DNA of 64,000 nt from Geosiphon pyriformis uo1 (GCA_016748015.1 JAAOMT010000436.1:940033-1004032), one strand, 5' to 3'. Shown: positions 1-15,491, counted from the first letter of the stretch. The notes: a model not told the origin generated them from the sequence alone. Numbers and translations are program-made.

Positions 1-3000
1 CAAGCTTCTTTCCAACAATGGGGAATTGACTCACATACTAAACAAATGTTCAGAAGATTTAGAAGCAAGCCTAGCACAGAACCATTACAATGTTTTTAAA
101 GTTCATTTGAAATGTCAGACAAGCCAGCAGCTTTACCATTTGGCAAATTCTTAATCACACATGTTAAGTCATCCAAACTAATAACATTCATCATGCCCAA
201 AAAAGCATTATTATTAACATAATCCAATGGCAGATATTGATGCTGCCACAAATTGAGAACACTTCTTAGCATGGCTTTCTTCCTTGTCTAGCTCTCTATT
301 ATACTATCAATCTTATTTTTACCTTCTACTGGGTCCAAAATCAAGCTGTCATCAGAGACCAAATGATCTAACACCACTTTGCAAAATGGGTGTTTCAAAA
401 CACTACAGATTGTGTGGCCTTTGTTAACCACAAAACTCTTCATCCTTCTCTCAATAACTGATCTAATGCTTGACTCCTCGGCTTGCAAAGACTCGGCAAG
501 CTTAGAGGCACAATAATACCTCCTCATGCCACAAAAAACAGAATGGACATGATTGAAACTTGCACCAGAACTCACAAGATCACAAACAACAGAAGCTTTG
601 TCACTATCTATAGAAACCCAGCATTTTAATAGAGACTCAAACCTGCTGGAGTCTGCTTCGCAAGAAGTCTTAACAATTTTTGACACCAAAACCTCCAAGT
701 TATGCAACTTGGAAGACTCTTTGGTAAACACCCCATCATAATTCTTAAATCATTTCTTTTTGAAAGCACCATTAGCTGAAAAAATCATCACTTTGCAAAC
801 AGTATTCCATATAGCATCCAAATCAGAGAACTTCCTGGCAGTCTTAAATTCGTCCAAAAACATGGCAGCATTGGCTATAGTAGCATCTTTAAACTCACTT
901 CATTTCGCTACATCCATACTTTTGACATCAAACTTCCAACAATCCTTATTTGCCTGCTTGCATATTGAACTTAAATGGACATCAAGCAAACCACCCAAAT
1001 CCACAGAAGCAGATACAGCTTTGTGGTCAGTATCAAAATATTTCTCAACATTGGCCACACTACCATTTGTCACAGTATTAACCAAACTCAAAGAAACGAG
1101 AATGTAGTTGAGAGCTTTAGCAACACCACAGAAATTGGTCCATGTAGGTGTCTTAACAAATAAACTTCCCCTCAGAAAATCAACTAAACCCAAATCAAAG
1201 TATTTTTTGAAGCTAGCACACTTTCGGGACTCATCTTCATTAAAGTCACCACCCAAAATAATGAAAGAGGACTTGTTTACTGTCTTTGCAATGAGAGAGT
1301 TGATTTTACCAACCTGAAAGAACCAAACCACTGACAATGTACCAGCATAGAGTCCCAAAATTGACACAGAAAGATTATTCTTGAAGAGTAATTTGAGAGA
1401 AAAAAGATAACCAGGAATCTCAAAAACCTTACATACATGTCTCGCCAAAGAAATGTTCATAATAATCACAACACCAAAATCCAAATGACCAGAGTCCAAA
1501 CCAGAGGTGAAAACCTGAACACCATTAAATTTATTCATGATTCATGAGTGGATCTTGCCCCTTAACTTAGTCTCAATAACAACAGAAATCAAATTGTTCA
1601 TTTTTTTATGCCAATATATTACATCATCCTGTTTTGTAAGATTATTCATACCCTTAACATTGCATGTGACAATCTTCCAAACTAGACTGGTCATTAAAAA
1701 AGAGATTTGGGAAATGCACTGCCAGCCAAAATTGAACCATCAAATCTCACTGTAAGACTTAGAACTAAGGCAGAAAGTTCTTCCAACATGCTTTTCAATC
1801 TTTTTACTTTAGTAGAAGCAGAAGAGTTCAAAGTCATAACAGTCTTACCACTAGTGGCCTTATCCAAACTCTCTCTCATTACTACATCGCCCACCTGATT
1901 CTGTGATAGGAGGGTCACCGGCAGCTGACATCTAGGGCTAGGCTGGAAAACTGCCGACATGAATGAATTCAACCTCTTAGCCAACTTATCAATTTGTCCT
2001 GCAAGATTGGCAAGACTGCTTTCCAAAACAGCAAATCTTTTCTCAACATCACTTGTATTATGGATGGTAGGCTTTATCTCCGAAGAAGAGCCAGGATTGA
2101 CCAATACTTTTTGCACAGAGAGAGGAGGAAAAACATTTCTGTCAGCAATTTTCGCCCAAAAAATTCCACCAAAAGTGACAGGATGAGTGATCGGAGCTGA
2201 ATACTTGGCATAGATGGTTGCCAGCCTGCTTTTATCCAAGTCTGAGAAGAGTCTGCGAGGATGCTTCCCAGAGGAGATATTCCCATTCACAGCACAGCCC
2301 AAAGATGTATGACCCAATTTCTCATACTTAGCACATTTAGAAAAACCCAAAAGAGACCAATGTATATTCCCACCTCTTAAAACTGAAGTAGTTCTCATGA
2401 CAGCATTTAAGGAATCAGCCAAATCAAAACAAACAACAGCACATCTGGTCCAAGCATACGTAACAGAATGACAATCTATTGCACATGTTTTCCCACCTAC
2501 AGAGTCAATATAATCTTAGATGTCATGTGCAGTTATTTTCATTGGCAGAGTATAGAGCAAAGCCTTATGTTGATCTTTTGAGTCCCATGATTCCTTGTTT
2601 TGATCAGTCCTGGTCACACACACAGCATTCTTTCCAATCAGGATAGACCAGCAGACTGCAACTAAATCAGCCTGTTCACTCTTACTAAATTCAACAACAG
2701 TCTTTTGCCACAAACCCACTAACTGTATTTTGATCGACACCACCACACCAAAACTAGATAGTGCAACACGCACAGCCTCAGTTGAGGTTCCAACAGGAAT
2801 TTCTTTTAATATTACAGCCCAATCTGAATGCCCAAATAATTTTTTGAGATCAGTGTTTACCAGGATCTTCATATCAGCAGCCAATTTGGTAGCTTTTATT
2901 AAACTCAATTTAAAAGTAAACGTTACTCTGACAATTTCAGCAAATTTTGAGAGAGTAAAGGCCTCTCCAAAACCATTGATCTTTGAAAACAAATTTTTGA

Positions 3001-3630
3001 TCACCAGAAGCTTTTCACGAGAAGATTTCCCAACCACTGTGTTCAACCCAATATCTAACACAAAAAATTTCCGAACAGAAACATTGACCAGATTTTTTGC
3101 AGATGGTGGAAGCATTAGAGAGACATCCAAAAGAACATCATTATCATCACTGCTTGGTAAGAAGTCAATCTTTCCCAATGGTTTACCCAATGTCTTCTTG
3201 GTTTTAACTTTTGAGCCTGTAGGTGTTTAATCATGATCTCTCTCAGCAAGAGCACCACTTTCACCATAATTGAAACTGGTTTCCTTAACCAGACACTTCT
3301 CTTCTATATCAATATTCTTAGACTTAGTGGTATTACCAGTCTTTGAACTCCATGAGTGATTACCTTGAACACTAAGACCAACATTTCCATTACCAAAATC
3401 ATTTTCTAAAATGCTATTTCTCCTTTTTTTCCTTAGGAGAACAGGTCTGAAACCATCACTAGAACCAGAAACTTTGGCAGTCTTCTTTATAACAGCAATA
3501 CTACAGCCAACAGTGGCCTCGTAGTTGAGAATAAAAGGTTTAGATTTATTGTACTCAATTGTAAAAAACTTCTTTTAAAAAACTTTTGACTTTTTTTTAG
3601 GAATTTGGGACAAAAAAGAGAAAGAAGTTT
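1..3630 (-). mobile_element. Non-LTR retrotransposon (LINE) copy A: 5' end, ORF1 and APE endonuclease part of ORF2; runs off the left edge; inactivated
   Basis: ORF fragments 2516-3190 and 1694-2422 (Zn knuckle CAKYEKLGHTSLGC) and 900-1538 (APE motifs ILGGDFN, TDHKAV) align with copy C at 40675-44200. The 5' nucleotide similarity (~3630 vs ~40675, cttctttc...aaaagttttttaaaagaag) is clear. Confidence 0.92.
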
Positions 3631-5060
3631 TTTTTTATAATAATAATAATATTATTATATAAATTTTTTAAAACATTTATCAAGTTTTCAATGAAATATT
3701 AAATTTATTAATTTGATTATAAAAATATTTTTTATCTAAAAATATATGTTTTTAAATCAGCAATAATATAAAACCAATTTATTTTTTATTTTGATAAAAA
3801 GATATATATTTTTTGCTAAAATAAGATTCAAAAAAGAAAATCTTTTTTGAGTTTGATTTTTCAAAAAAATTATGGGCTTTCAATAAAGTCATCCAAGAAT
3901 TATGAACCAATTAGAATACTCCAAATGTTCTTTTAATAAAAGAAATAGGGAAATAAATCTTTGGGAATTTTTTATTAAAAAAAAAATACATAAGCGATTG
4001 GTCTAAGAGCATTATTTTATCGCCAATTTAAGAAGATAGTGTAACGAAAAAAATAGAATCATATTTATTTTCAAATTGTTAAATAGGCTTTATCAAATTC
4101 ATTTTTACTGAGGGAGGATCATGACCTTAATAATAATTATAAGAAAAAACTCAAAAATTCAATAGATTCTCATTAACTTTTTGCTTTCTAATTAATAATA
4201 AAGTCGTAATTGAACTAAATTTAATGAAATTCAAAAGTTAAAGAGATATTTTGTAAAAAATTACTCTTAAAGTTTAAATTTTTAAAAATAAATGAGAACA
4301 AATATATTTTTTCAAAACAATAAATCTAAATTACTATTGTTACATGACAAGAAAAAGTAATGAGAATAAATTTGTTTTCTGAATGTGGGTTTAATCTCAT
4401 TTATCTTTCTTTGACTAGATTTTTAATATTTCTCAACTTTGAAAATAAAACATGATAATGCTATTAAGAAAATATTTGAAGTTAACAAAAAGATATAAAA
4501 TTTTTAGATAATTCAAAAATCACTTATTTATATATATTGTCTTTATTGAGCTTTTCATAATTAATAATTTTTTGTAAAATAAAAAATAAAATAAAATTTA
4601 ATTTTTATAATATATTTTTTTATCAATTGATAATATTATAATTTTATAATAATAAAATTTTATTGTAAAAACTTAAAAATAAGAAAATTATTATATATAT
4701 TGTTTATTTTGATACACAATAAATAACAATAATTATTAATAACTAAATTATTAAATTGAAAAAATAAATTAATAGTAAAAATTTTTATATAAAATATCAG
4801 TAATTCAAAAATGGAAAAATAGGAAATTACACATTTTTAATAAATACTTTTTTCATTCCTTGCAGACTTGCAGAACCCCAAGAATAAAGATAAGCCCTGC
4901 ACAACTATGTACATATCAGCGGATAATTTATTTAAGGCAAAATATCCGTGTAGCATAGCACCACCCTAATGGTACCTGGCTAAGAAGATTGAAGGCTTGT
5001 AGCAAAAGCGCAAAGCTGACCCATGCGCAACCATCATGCACGGAGCGTCATGATTTACGA

Positions 5061-5159
5061 TGTTTACATCTTTATTTACTCGATAAAATTGATCCATCAG
5101 TCTGATTATTTATTTACTTTTCGTTATTCTCTTTGCCGAAGGGAATGGTTCAGTAAATA
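5061..5159. promoter_or_regulatory. Four forkhead-type RTAAAYA sites upstream of the forkhead gene
   Basis: TGTTTAC 5061, TATTTAC 5073, TATTTAC 5111, GTAAATA 5153. The AT-rich background weakens their significance. Confidence 0.3.
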
Positions 5160-5179
5160 TTCTTTATAATTTTTAGGGT

Positions 5180-7306
<2,127 letters not shown>

Positions 7307-8287
7307 CCGCGTGGAACATAATATTTCATTCTCGTCGGACACTATTTTTTTTTTTGGTCCTGTGGTTTGCTCAAACCCATTGCCATTTTTCTATCCCTAC
7401 ATTTCGAGTACCGTATGTTGTAAAAACACAAGGGAAAAATATTTCAACTTTGCAAAATTTTGGAAATAGTTTTGTATAATATTAACCAAAATATTCTTGA
7501 ATGGTTATGATGGAAATGCTAAGTATTGTTAAAATTTTCTCTTTATCAGCGCTGGTAACTCCCAGCTCACAAAAGTCATTGAGATAAATGTGACCAAAGC
7601 TTGAGATTCCCTTGGAGGAATTCAGGGTCTTGGATGGTTTTTTTCGAACACCTACGGTACAAAATCTCCCAAATAATCAATATCTGATCTTCGAAATAAC
7701 CAGTAGAAGATTCTCAAGAAATGAATAGTGAATAGTAATTATTCAAAGCGCATTTAGCTTTAGAGCTCAAAGATATTGTGGTCAAATCAAAGATATTGAA
7801 ATGTAAATGTTATACAAACATTATCTGAGATATAATCAATGTATTATATTAAAGTTATTTGGGATAATAACAAATAAAAATTGAGTTAATATAAAAAATA
7901 GTAATGATAAAAAAATTTGATATAAATTTAAAATCCCCTTTTAATATTTTTTTATCTGATTATATGCAGATAAATTTATATGTTTTATTAAAATACCAAT
8001 TAGATAATCGAATTTAATCGCATTTAATTGAATACAATAAATTTATTAAAAAGAATGAGATCAGATCATCACTAATAACCCGAATCTTTCATCATTATAA
8101 AATGGCAACATCCTTCTTCCCCTAGCTACCTAGCAACACCCACCATCTTCACCATCCCTAGCTATTATCATTGATACCATCTTCACCATCCCAACACTAC
8201 CCACTCATTATAATCATTTCTTACCATTAATGCTACTCTTAATATAAACATTTTTTTTACCTTGCACCGCAAAAATAACATTTGAAT

Positions 8288-9250
8288 ATGTTACGTTTGC
8301 GCTTGCTACTCCTCTACATCCCGTCGACATTTGCGATAATAGTGGTGATACTATTTTTTGTCTATCAATTTCCTTCCCAACAGACTGTCTCATATCGATA
8401 CCCCATCCCACGAAAATCACATATGGAATGTCAATCACATCACGAAAAGAACAATGTTACCTTTGAGCAGTTATGGAATTATCCGCCAACTCGAATATTC
8501 GTCGGTATATATACCACAGCTGAGAAACTAAAACGAAGGGAACTCATTCGAAATATATATAAAGTGGCACAAGCTCGATTGAAAGATGATATAGTTGATT
8601 TTAAATTTATTATTGGTCGCGTGAAACCGAAAGATGATACACCGGCATTCAGGCTTAAATTACAAATGGAAAAAGAAGCGTACAATGATGTCGTGATGCT
8701 TGACATTTATGAAAACATTAACGAAGGAAAAATTTATGAATATTTTCGATGGGCTGGGAGAACATTTAATGAGAATAACACCCGGGAACAGTATGATTAC
8801 ATCTTAAAGATTGACGATGATGCATTTCTACATTTTCAGAATCTTGCGTTAAACTTAAGACCGTTGACGCGTGAAAAACTTTATTACGGGTACAATGTCA
8901 AAGTTTCGGATGATTTTGAATTTATGACTGGAATGCTCGAGGTCTTGTCAATCGATCATGTAAGATGGATATCAAAAGCTCATATACCCCAAGAAAAGAT
9001 TATTGGGCCTGAGGATGCTATGGTTGCTCAATGGTTGGAATTAGGTGGATGGAAATTTGTGAATTGGATTCACGAAAAATGTTTAATCTATCAGGATCCG
9101 CGAAGTTCCGAATATTTATGGTGCTGGCGACCATGGGCATCTCCAAATACCATTATGATCCATGGGATGAAGGTTGATTGGCAATGGAATGGGGTGATTG
9201 AATTATTTTTTGGGTATAATCAATCTGAAATTGGATCAGGAAAATTTTGA
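8288..9250 (+). CDS. GT31 family (beta-1,3-galactosyltransferase-like) type II membrane glycosyltransferase, single exon
   Basis: N-terminal TM helix, RRELIR, FKFIIG, ENINEGK, YILKIDDDAF (DxD motif), GPEDAMVAQWL. Confidence 0.88.
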   Translation: MLRLRLLLLYIPSTFAIIVVILFFVYQFPSQQTVSYRYPIPRKSHMECQSHHEKNNVTFEQLWNYPPTRIFVGIYTTAEKLKRRELIRNIYKVAQARLKDDIVDFKFIIGRVKPKDDTPAFRLKLQMEKEAYNDVVMLDIYENINEGKIYEYFRWAGRTFNENNTREQYDYILKIDDDAFLHFQNLALNLRPLTREKLYYGYNVKVSDDFEFMTGMLEVLSIDHVRWISKAHIPQEKIIGPEDAMVAQWLELGGWKFVNWIHEKCLIYQDPRSSEYLWCWRPWASPNTIMIHGMKVDWQWNGVIELFFGYNQSEIGSGKF

Positions 9251-10197
9251 TTTGGATAGTTATTACCACAGTATATCCCCTAATAAAAGCAAATTTTTCT
9301 AGAATTGAAGATAAAAATGTTTAAAATAATAGGTGCTAAATATAATCAACCCCTCCGACTATTTGCCATTTCGGAAAATGATATTTTAGATGTGGGAAAA
9401 ATAATCCGATAGTCGACAAATGAAAAAAGAATATTTTCATTGATGGGGGGTATCTTTTTCGAACTGAAGATATGACAAGTTAACCAATTTTGGGAATTGA
9501 GATTGACCGGAGCAAATATCTAAACTCATGTAACATAAATTTTTAATCTTTCAAGAAAGGTATATTTACAAACGGCTTTATACCCAAATATAAGCAACCT
9601 CCCCTTTTTTGGTCTACTGAGAATCCGGATTTTCGGTTGCTTCTATTCAGGCGTATGCCTTATTATTATTATTATTATTATTAGTTAGATGAACTTTTGA
9701 AGTGGTAGAGGTATTCAACCAAAAAATTTAAAAACTATTAATTTAATTAAAATTTTTTATATTTATAATAAATTTCTTATTTGTATATATATATATACAT
9801 AAATAGAAGATTGAACCTTAGTTAATGCGTCACACAAATTTTGAAAATCTGGCATTACTTCAGAATTTGATAAGGGGTTCACAGATGTCACAACATGCTG
9901 CGGAATTACACCCTACAGAAATTCAGAATCGTGACAAACGATGTTCGACGCGTATAGACAGCCTATTTATAAAAAAAGAATCCTTGAATTTATTATATTG
10001 TGGGTGTTTTTAAGAAATCAAACCTTCTAATTTATCCGTACATTAAAAAAAGAACATGCAGATTTTTTTATGATATAAGAATCCATACTCTCTTTCCCCA
10101 AAAAATTTGTATCGGTTTAAATACGTGTTTGTTCTGTATATTATTTTTATAGATAAAAAAAAAAATTTTCAAACGGTTTCTCACCAAATAATTTCAA

Positions 10198-11300
10198 ATG
10201 AAGTTTTGTTTTGAAAACCGTTTGTTTCTTTTATATCTTATTTTTGGGCTTATTCCTTTTTGCATTGCTCAGAATAATAATAATAATAATGGTGGTGGTG
10301 GGAATAACGGGGCCAATGATGGTAATGGAGGTAATAATGGAGTAAATTCTAGTACTAATACCACTACCACTAAAAATAGTAATGAGGGAGGTAATAATAA
10401 CAACGGTAGTAGTAATAGCAACAATGGTGGTAATAACAACAACAACGGTGGTAATAACAGCAACAGTGATAATAACAACAACGGTGGTAATAACAGCAAC
10501 AGTGGTAATAACAACAACAGTGGAAGTAGTAGCAGTTCCAACGGAGATACCTCAAACAATTCAAACAATGGAAATAATGGCAATAAGATAACTAATAACG
10601 GTGGCGGCATAACTGTAAAAGTTGTTCAACCATATTATCAAACGCCAGTGCTTGTTGGTTTGTGATTTCAAAATTTTCTATTTCTATCCATGTATTTTTT
10701 TTTCCTTAAACTTAATAACTTAATACATGAGAATCTTTTTGTTACATCATATAGGCCAATCGACCAATATTACATGGGAGGTAACCTCACAAATTCCGTC
10801 CTCACCTCCGACTGTTTCCATTCAACTTTTACGTGGGATAGACAATAATTCTCGTGTGATTTCCGAGATTGATCAAGATATTCTTTTACTTACCAAACTC
10901 TACCAATGGTAATTCAAAATTTTCTTTGCTATCATAAAATTAGTATTTTAATTAATGGTTTTTAATAATAATTTTTGTTTCAAAAATTTTTAGGATCCCC
11001 TCTGACACTTCTCTTCAAAATGCTACTGATTACACCGTGAGAGTGTATAATGATGATGAAAATACAAAAATCAATGCATATTCGCAGCGTTTCATTATTA
11101 CAAACCTCAAATCTACTCCCGATTCATTAAATAACCCTTCCAATAATGGGAATCCTATTTCCAATAACCCTACCAGCTCCACTGCTGCCTCACCCGGTCC
11201 AAAGATTATAGATTCAAGTGCTAACATCTTGCGCCACATTCCTGCTGCGAAACTCTTCGCTCTTTATAGCGTAGTTTTTCTCACTTTCTCGATTATCTAA
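10198..11300 (+). CDS. Secreted, probably GPI-anchored cell-surface protein: Asn/Gly/Ser-rich repeat followed by a Kre9/Knh1-N-like (Ser-Thr-rich GPI family) domain, 3 exons, ~306 aa
   Basis: Exons 10198-10657, 10755-10908, 10994-11300. Signal peptide. Motif GQSTNITW...VSIQL...YQW|IP...DYTVRV...YSQRF. Hydrophobic C-terminus after SSA. Confidence 0.78.
10270..10605 (+). repeat. AAT/AAC/GGT/AGT coding low-complexity repeat (N/G/S)
   Basis: Repeated units such as aataacaacaacggtggtaataacagcaacagt. Confidence 0.9.
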
Positions 11301-12045
11301 AAATTAACCCATCGGTTATTCGATTAATAAGTAACCCTTGGAGGTTGATTCTTTTCATCTTGGGAGATTTAGAAAAAAAGAGTATAGATTAATAGAATAA
11401 TCGAGTACTTTAATTTATTACTAAAAGATATTCTATTCGTTGTACTCCTAGAGAATTGTTTCAAAAATGAAATAAAATAAAATCCAGACAATTTTTCAAT
11501 AAAAGCCGCTAAAGAAACCTTGGTTAAAATTAAAATTAAAATTATTAAAGTATTTTTCCATCACTGACTTTTGGTTTTAAAAAGTAGTTTTATATGATTT
11601 TCCGAAATTCAATTAGTAATGATAATTTCAATTTTCCTAAATCATTAGATCAAAAAAAAATTTCCACATAATATAACATTAAAAAATAAAATAAAATATG
11701 ATACATATAATAATACTAAAATACATCATATAATATATAAGCTTGAAAAAAATTGATTTAATTTTAATAATTTTATTATTATTATTTTAAATATGTATAT
11801 AGGAATATTATTAAAAAATCAATATTATTTATTGTAATTAAAAATTCTCACCCTTCACAAAATTAAATCTAAACTATATATGTATTAAAAAATTGAAACG
11901 TGAAATTAAATAATAATAATAATATGAAAAATATTTAAAAAAATATTTTCAACTTGTTGCTGAAACAAAACATTGATTTCTTCTACTATGCAGGTTTCGA
12001 TAAAAGAACCTCATTTACCTCATCTCGTACCTCTCAAACCATTTC

Positions 12046-13561
12046 TCAGCCTCCATTCTTAACCTTCCTGCCAAATCCAAGCTGAGGTTTATTTGTATCA
12101 TACACGCTGATCACATTTTTCAAGAATGGAACCCCTACCAGCCAAGGTGAATTAGGAGGATCACTATTAGAGAAAATTCCCGAAAGACATAGATTCTGTT
12201 CCAACTCTTGAGATGCCATGTCCCTTGGTCGAAGCGGGAATTTAATCCCTTCGAATACGAATGAAATGATGCTTTTTGTGTCGCACTATTACATGAAGAG
12301 TAAATTAAATTTTAAAACCAGAAAGAAACGCTTAAATTCATGATGAGATAAAAAATCAACCTTTATTATCCAATATCCCTTGACTCTCTTGGCATCCGGG
12401 GCAAAAAGACTATGAATCATCACTGCATCTTTTTCAGGCATCTCAATAAATGTGGACCCTAAAAAAGCGTAAAGTTTGTGAACTCAATTCAATTTATTTT
12501 ACCTAGACGAAAATGATCATCTAAAAGTTTTTTCAGTTACCAGTATCAATAGCCATACTTCTACTCCCTAATCCAACCGGCTTCCCGTCAACCAACACAT
12601 CATCCAAAGTCACTGTCCAATCATTCTGTGCAACCATCTTTGGATAGACAACTCCTGCAGCACCTCCTTGAATCATCTCTGTCATAATTCCACCAAGTAA
12701 AAGTTCACCACCGGGAAGTCTTTGGCCTTGTCCCTGGCCAGGTTTTTTTCCTATCAAATTGATGGAAAATACTGGTTTCACAGCACCTTTTCGATCCTTA
12801 ACAATTTCGTCGAATATCGTGGGATAGGCAGTGCATTTTGGACCTAACCCAAAAACGCCCTCAGGTGTATAATTTTGTTGAAAAACACTAATTCCAAATT
12901 TCTGTTGATTCAGAATTAAGCTCTCCCCCAACTGCATTTTTTCGATCCCAACCCGACACGCAACTTTTCCTATTAAATAATTGGCAATAAAGGTTTCCCT
13001 GGTTTCATGGGATGTTTTGGATTGGGTTGAATCATATTTTCGACCATCGCATGAGTGATCGCCTGGAATGCTTTGACATTCTTGACCCCGAACCCAGTAC
13101 CAACATGAACCGGTGCTAAGAAGAGGTAGAAAATCTACGCCACCAATATTTACTTTTACAAAAAAGGTGTCAGTCCCATCGTTGATTAAGGGCACTGAAA
13201 ATTTCTTAGTTGTTGTTGTTGATGTTAAGGCAATATCAAATGGAGATGAGACTAGATTTGTTTGGTCATTAAAAACTTCCAAGTCTTCAATCGACTTGTA
13301 CGGATCTTGTTCATCCAAAGTGTTTATTGCTTCGTATGGAAAGGTTACTTCATCATTAGATGGAAAAATTTCATCATTCGATTGAAAAATTTCATCTAAT
13401 TTGAGGTTTATATTAGAATCAGGATCTGTGAACTCATCACGTGGAAATAATTTACTTTTAAATGGCCCATCATCAACCAGCTTTAAATATGTTGCTTGAA
13501 TTAGGGATATTATAAAACCACCAAAAATGCATATTTCTAAAACAAAAAACCAAGATTTCAT
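12046..13561 (-). CDS. Secreted A1 pepsin-fold aspartic protease homolog, probably catalytically inactive, 3 exons, ~452 aa
   Basis: Exons 13561-12541, 12458-12361, 12285-12046. Signal peptide and acidic pro-region. First motif is LLSTGS, second is AIDTG|ST. Also EGVFGLG, FSINL, GELLLGG, WLVGVPFLKN, QLGFG. Confidence 0.88.
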
Positions 13562-15491
13562 TCTTGTTTGAAAAATTTTTTTTTTTTTTTAGAAAAAGTT
13601 TCAAAGACAAAAAGAAAAATATTTTATGAGGGAAAAAATTTGAAAATTTCATTTTAAATATTTTTGGCGATGAACATATTATTTTTTATCGGAATAATTA
13701 TTTGGAAAAAGCTTTTTCGGAATATTTATTATCGGCATATACGTATTTTATGAATAGATAGATTGTAGGATAAAAAAGTAGTGATAATTATTCCGAAAGA
13801 GTCAATCAATTTTATAGTTTCACTCTTTAAGAATGAAACTTCCAAGAAAAATTATATATATTTAATCATTTTCTAAATACTATAAGTATTTACTATTTAT
13901 GATAGGTTGAATTTATTTCATTATGCTTATTTGTTTTATTCACTGTTAAATTTAAATATTATTATAGAATCTTCGCTAAAATGAAGTCAAATTACTTTCA
14001 CATCAAATTTACTTTGAATAATATATATAAACATTTAAGAATTAGAAAGAATTAATATTTGCAAGGTAAAAAAAATAATAAAATTTTTAGGAATTTTCTT
14101 AATTACATTCTCATTTCTTTGAAAAGAAAATATTGTGAATAAAATGACCACGAGTTTCCAAAAACCGAGTTTAAAAATAAATAAAAATTCTTGGAAAATT
14201 TTTTTTCTTTCTTTTTAATCTATCACTATTATTTTATTTTTTGATTTAGATAGCGAATTTTTCAACCAGGATTATCTCGTGAAAATAAAATTTTCGGATA
14301 TTTCTTGAGGCCAGCTATCTTTATTTGATAACTTTTGTTTATTAAAAGTCTTTTTTCATTAGTGTTATCGGGTAGGCTCTTTGATTTCACTAAATATTAT
14401 TTTAAACAAGAGAATTCTTGAAAATGTTTGTTTTCCATATAGTTTACACAACATTCGAAATATAAAAAAAGACCCACGACCTAAATATACAAAAAAAAAT
14501 TATATATTTTCTAAATCAATGATTGAGGCTGCAATTATTTCAAAGAATTGCAAGAAATTGACAAATGATAAATGAAAAAGATAATTTTATCACCATTTAA
14601 CATAATTTTGACTGATATTATATATGTAATTTGATCTTTTTATCTACAAAAAAGCAAAATAGCAAATTTAATATTAGGTTAAAAATATTATTATAAACAT
14701 ATGTTTTATTTAGTGTAATTTCATTCACAATACAGTTATGAAAAATAAAAAAAAAGAACACAACTAAACATTTAGCATCTTAATTCTTTTATATTGATTA
14801 TAAAAGAAATTACCATTTCTCTTTTTTTTATTTTTTGCTTTTTATTTTTTTTAATGTTTGAAAAAGTTTATTATACAAATTTTTCTTTTAAATAAACTAA
14901 AAAATCTTTTGTTAATAATTTAACTATTACAATTCTTATAATTATTAATTTAAAACAAACTATATATATATTTATAATTACTTGTCTTTCAAAAATTTAA
15001 TATTTGAAACAATAATTCGAAAAACACAATAATCATAATTCAAACTTAAAGAGTTTTTTATATGCAAACGGTTTTCATATAAATTAGACAAAATGATGAA
15101 TAAAAAAACAGATTTTTTGTACAAAGTTAAAACAAATATGAATTCATAAATTACATAACGGACAAAAACACTTATTGATTCTAATCAATTTTGATGTATT
15201 CAATGAAAAAAACTTAAGTCATAGATTGAACCTATTCAGGTGTTTCGCTTTCGCCATAGCAGTCACACTTTTTCTATTGAACAAATATATCCAAGAAAAT
15301 ATGGCACTGAAATTTTTCCATTCAAAAATACACCAAAACGTTTATATTTTCACAATGTGATACACTCATTCTTTCGGTGAATGCCTATTTAAAATTAAAC
15401 AAGAATTTATTTCGGTCAATTTTTAGTAAGGATGGATAAACATCATTAAAAGACAACTGTAAAATCAAAAAAATAAATGATTTTTCATATT

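Noticed and set aside
8105-8210. C-rich short direct repeat (accatcttcaccatccc x2) upstream of GT31
   Set aside because: A small local duplication with no supportable function.
10269-10610. Poly-Leu/Pro, Cys-Tyr-His (10370-10564) and Val/Ile/Thr ORFs
   Set aside because: They are antisense or alternative-frame readings of the Asn/Gly codon repeat in the GPI protein gene.
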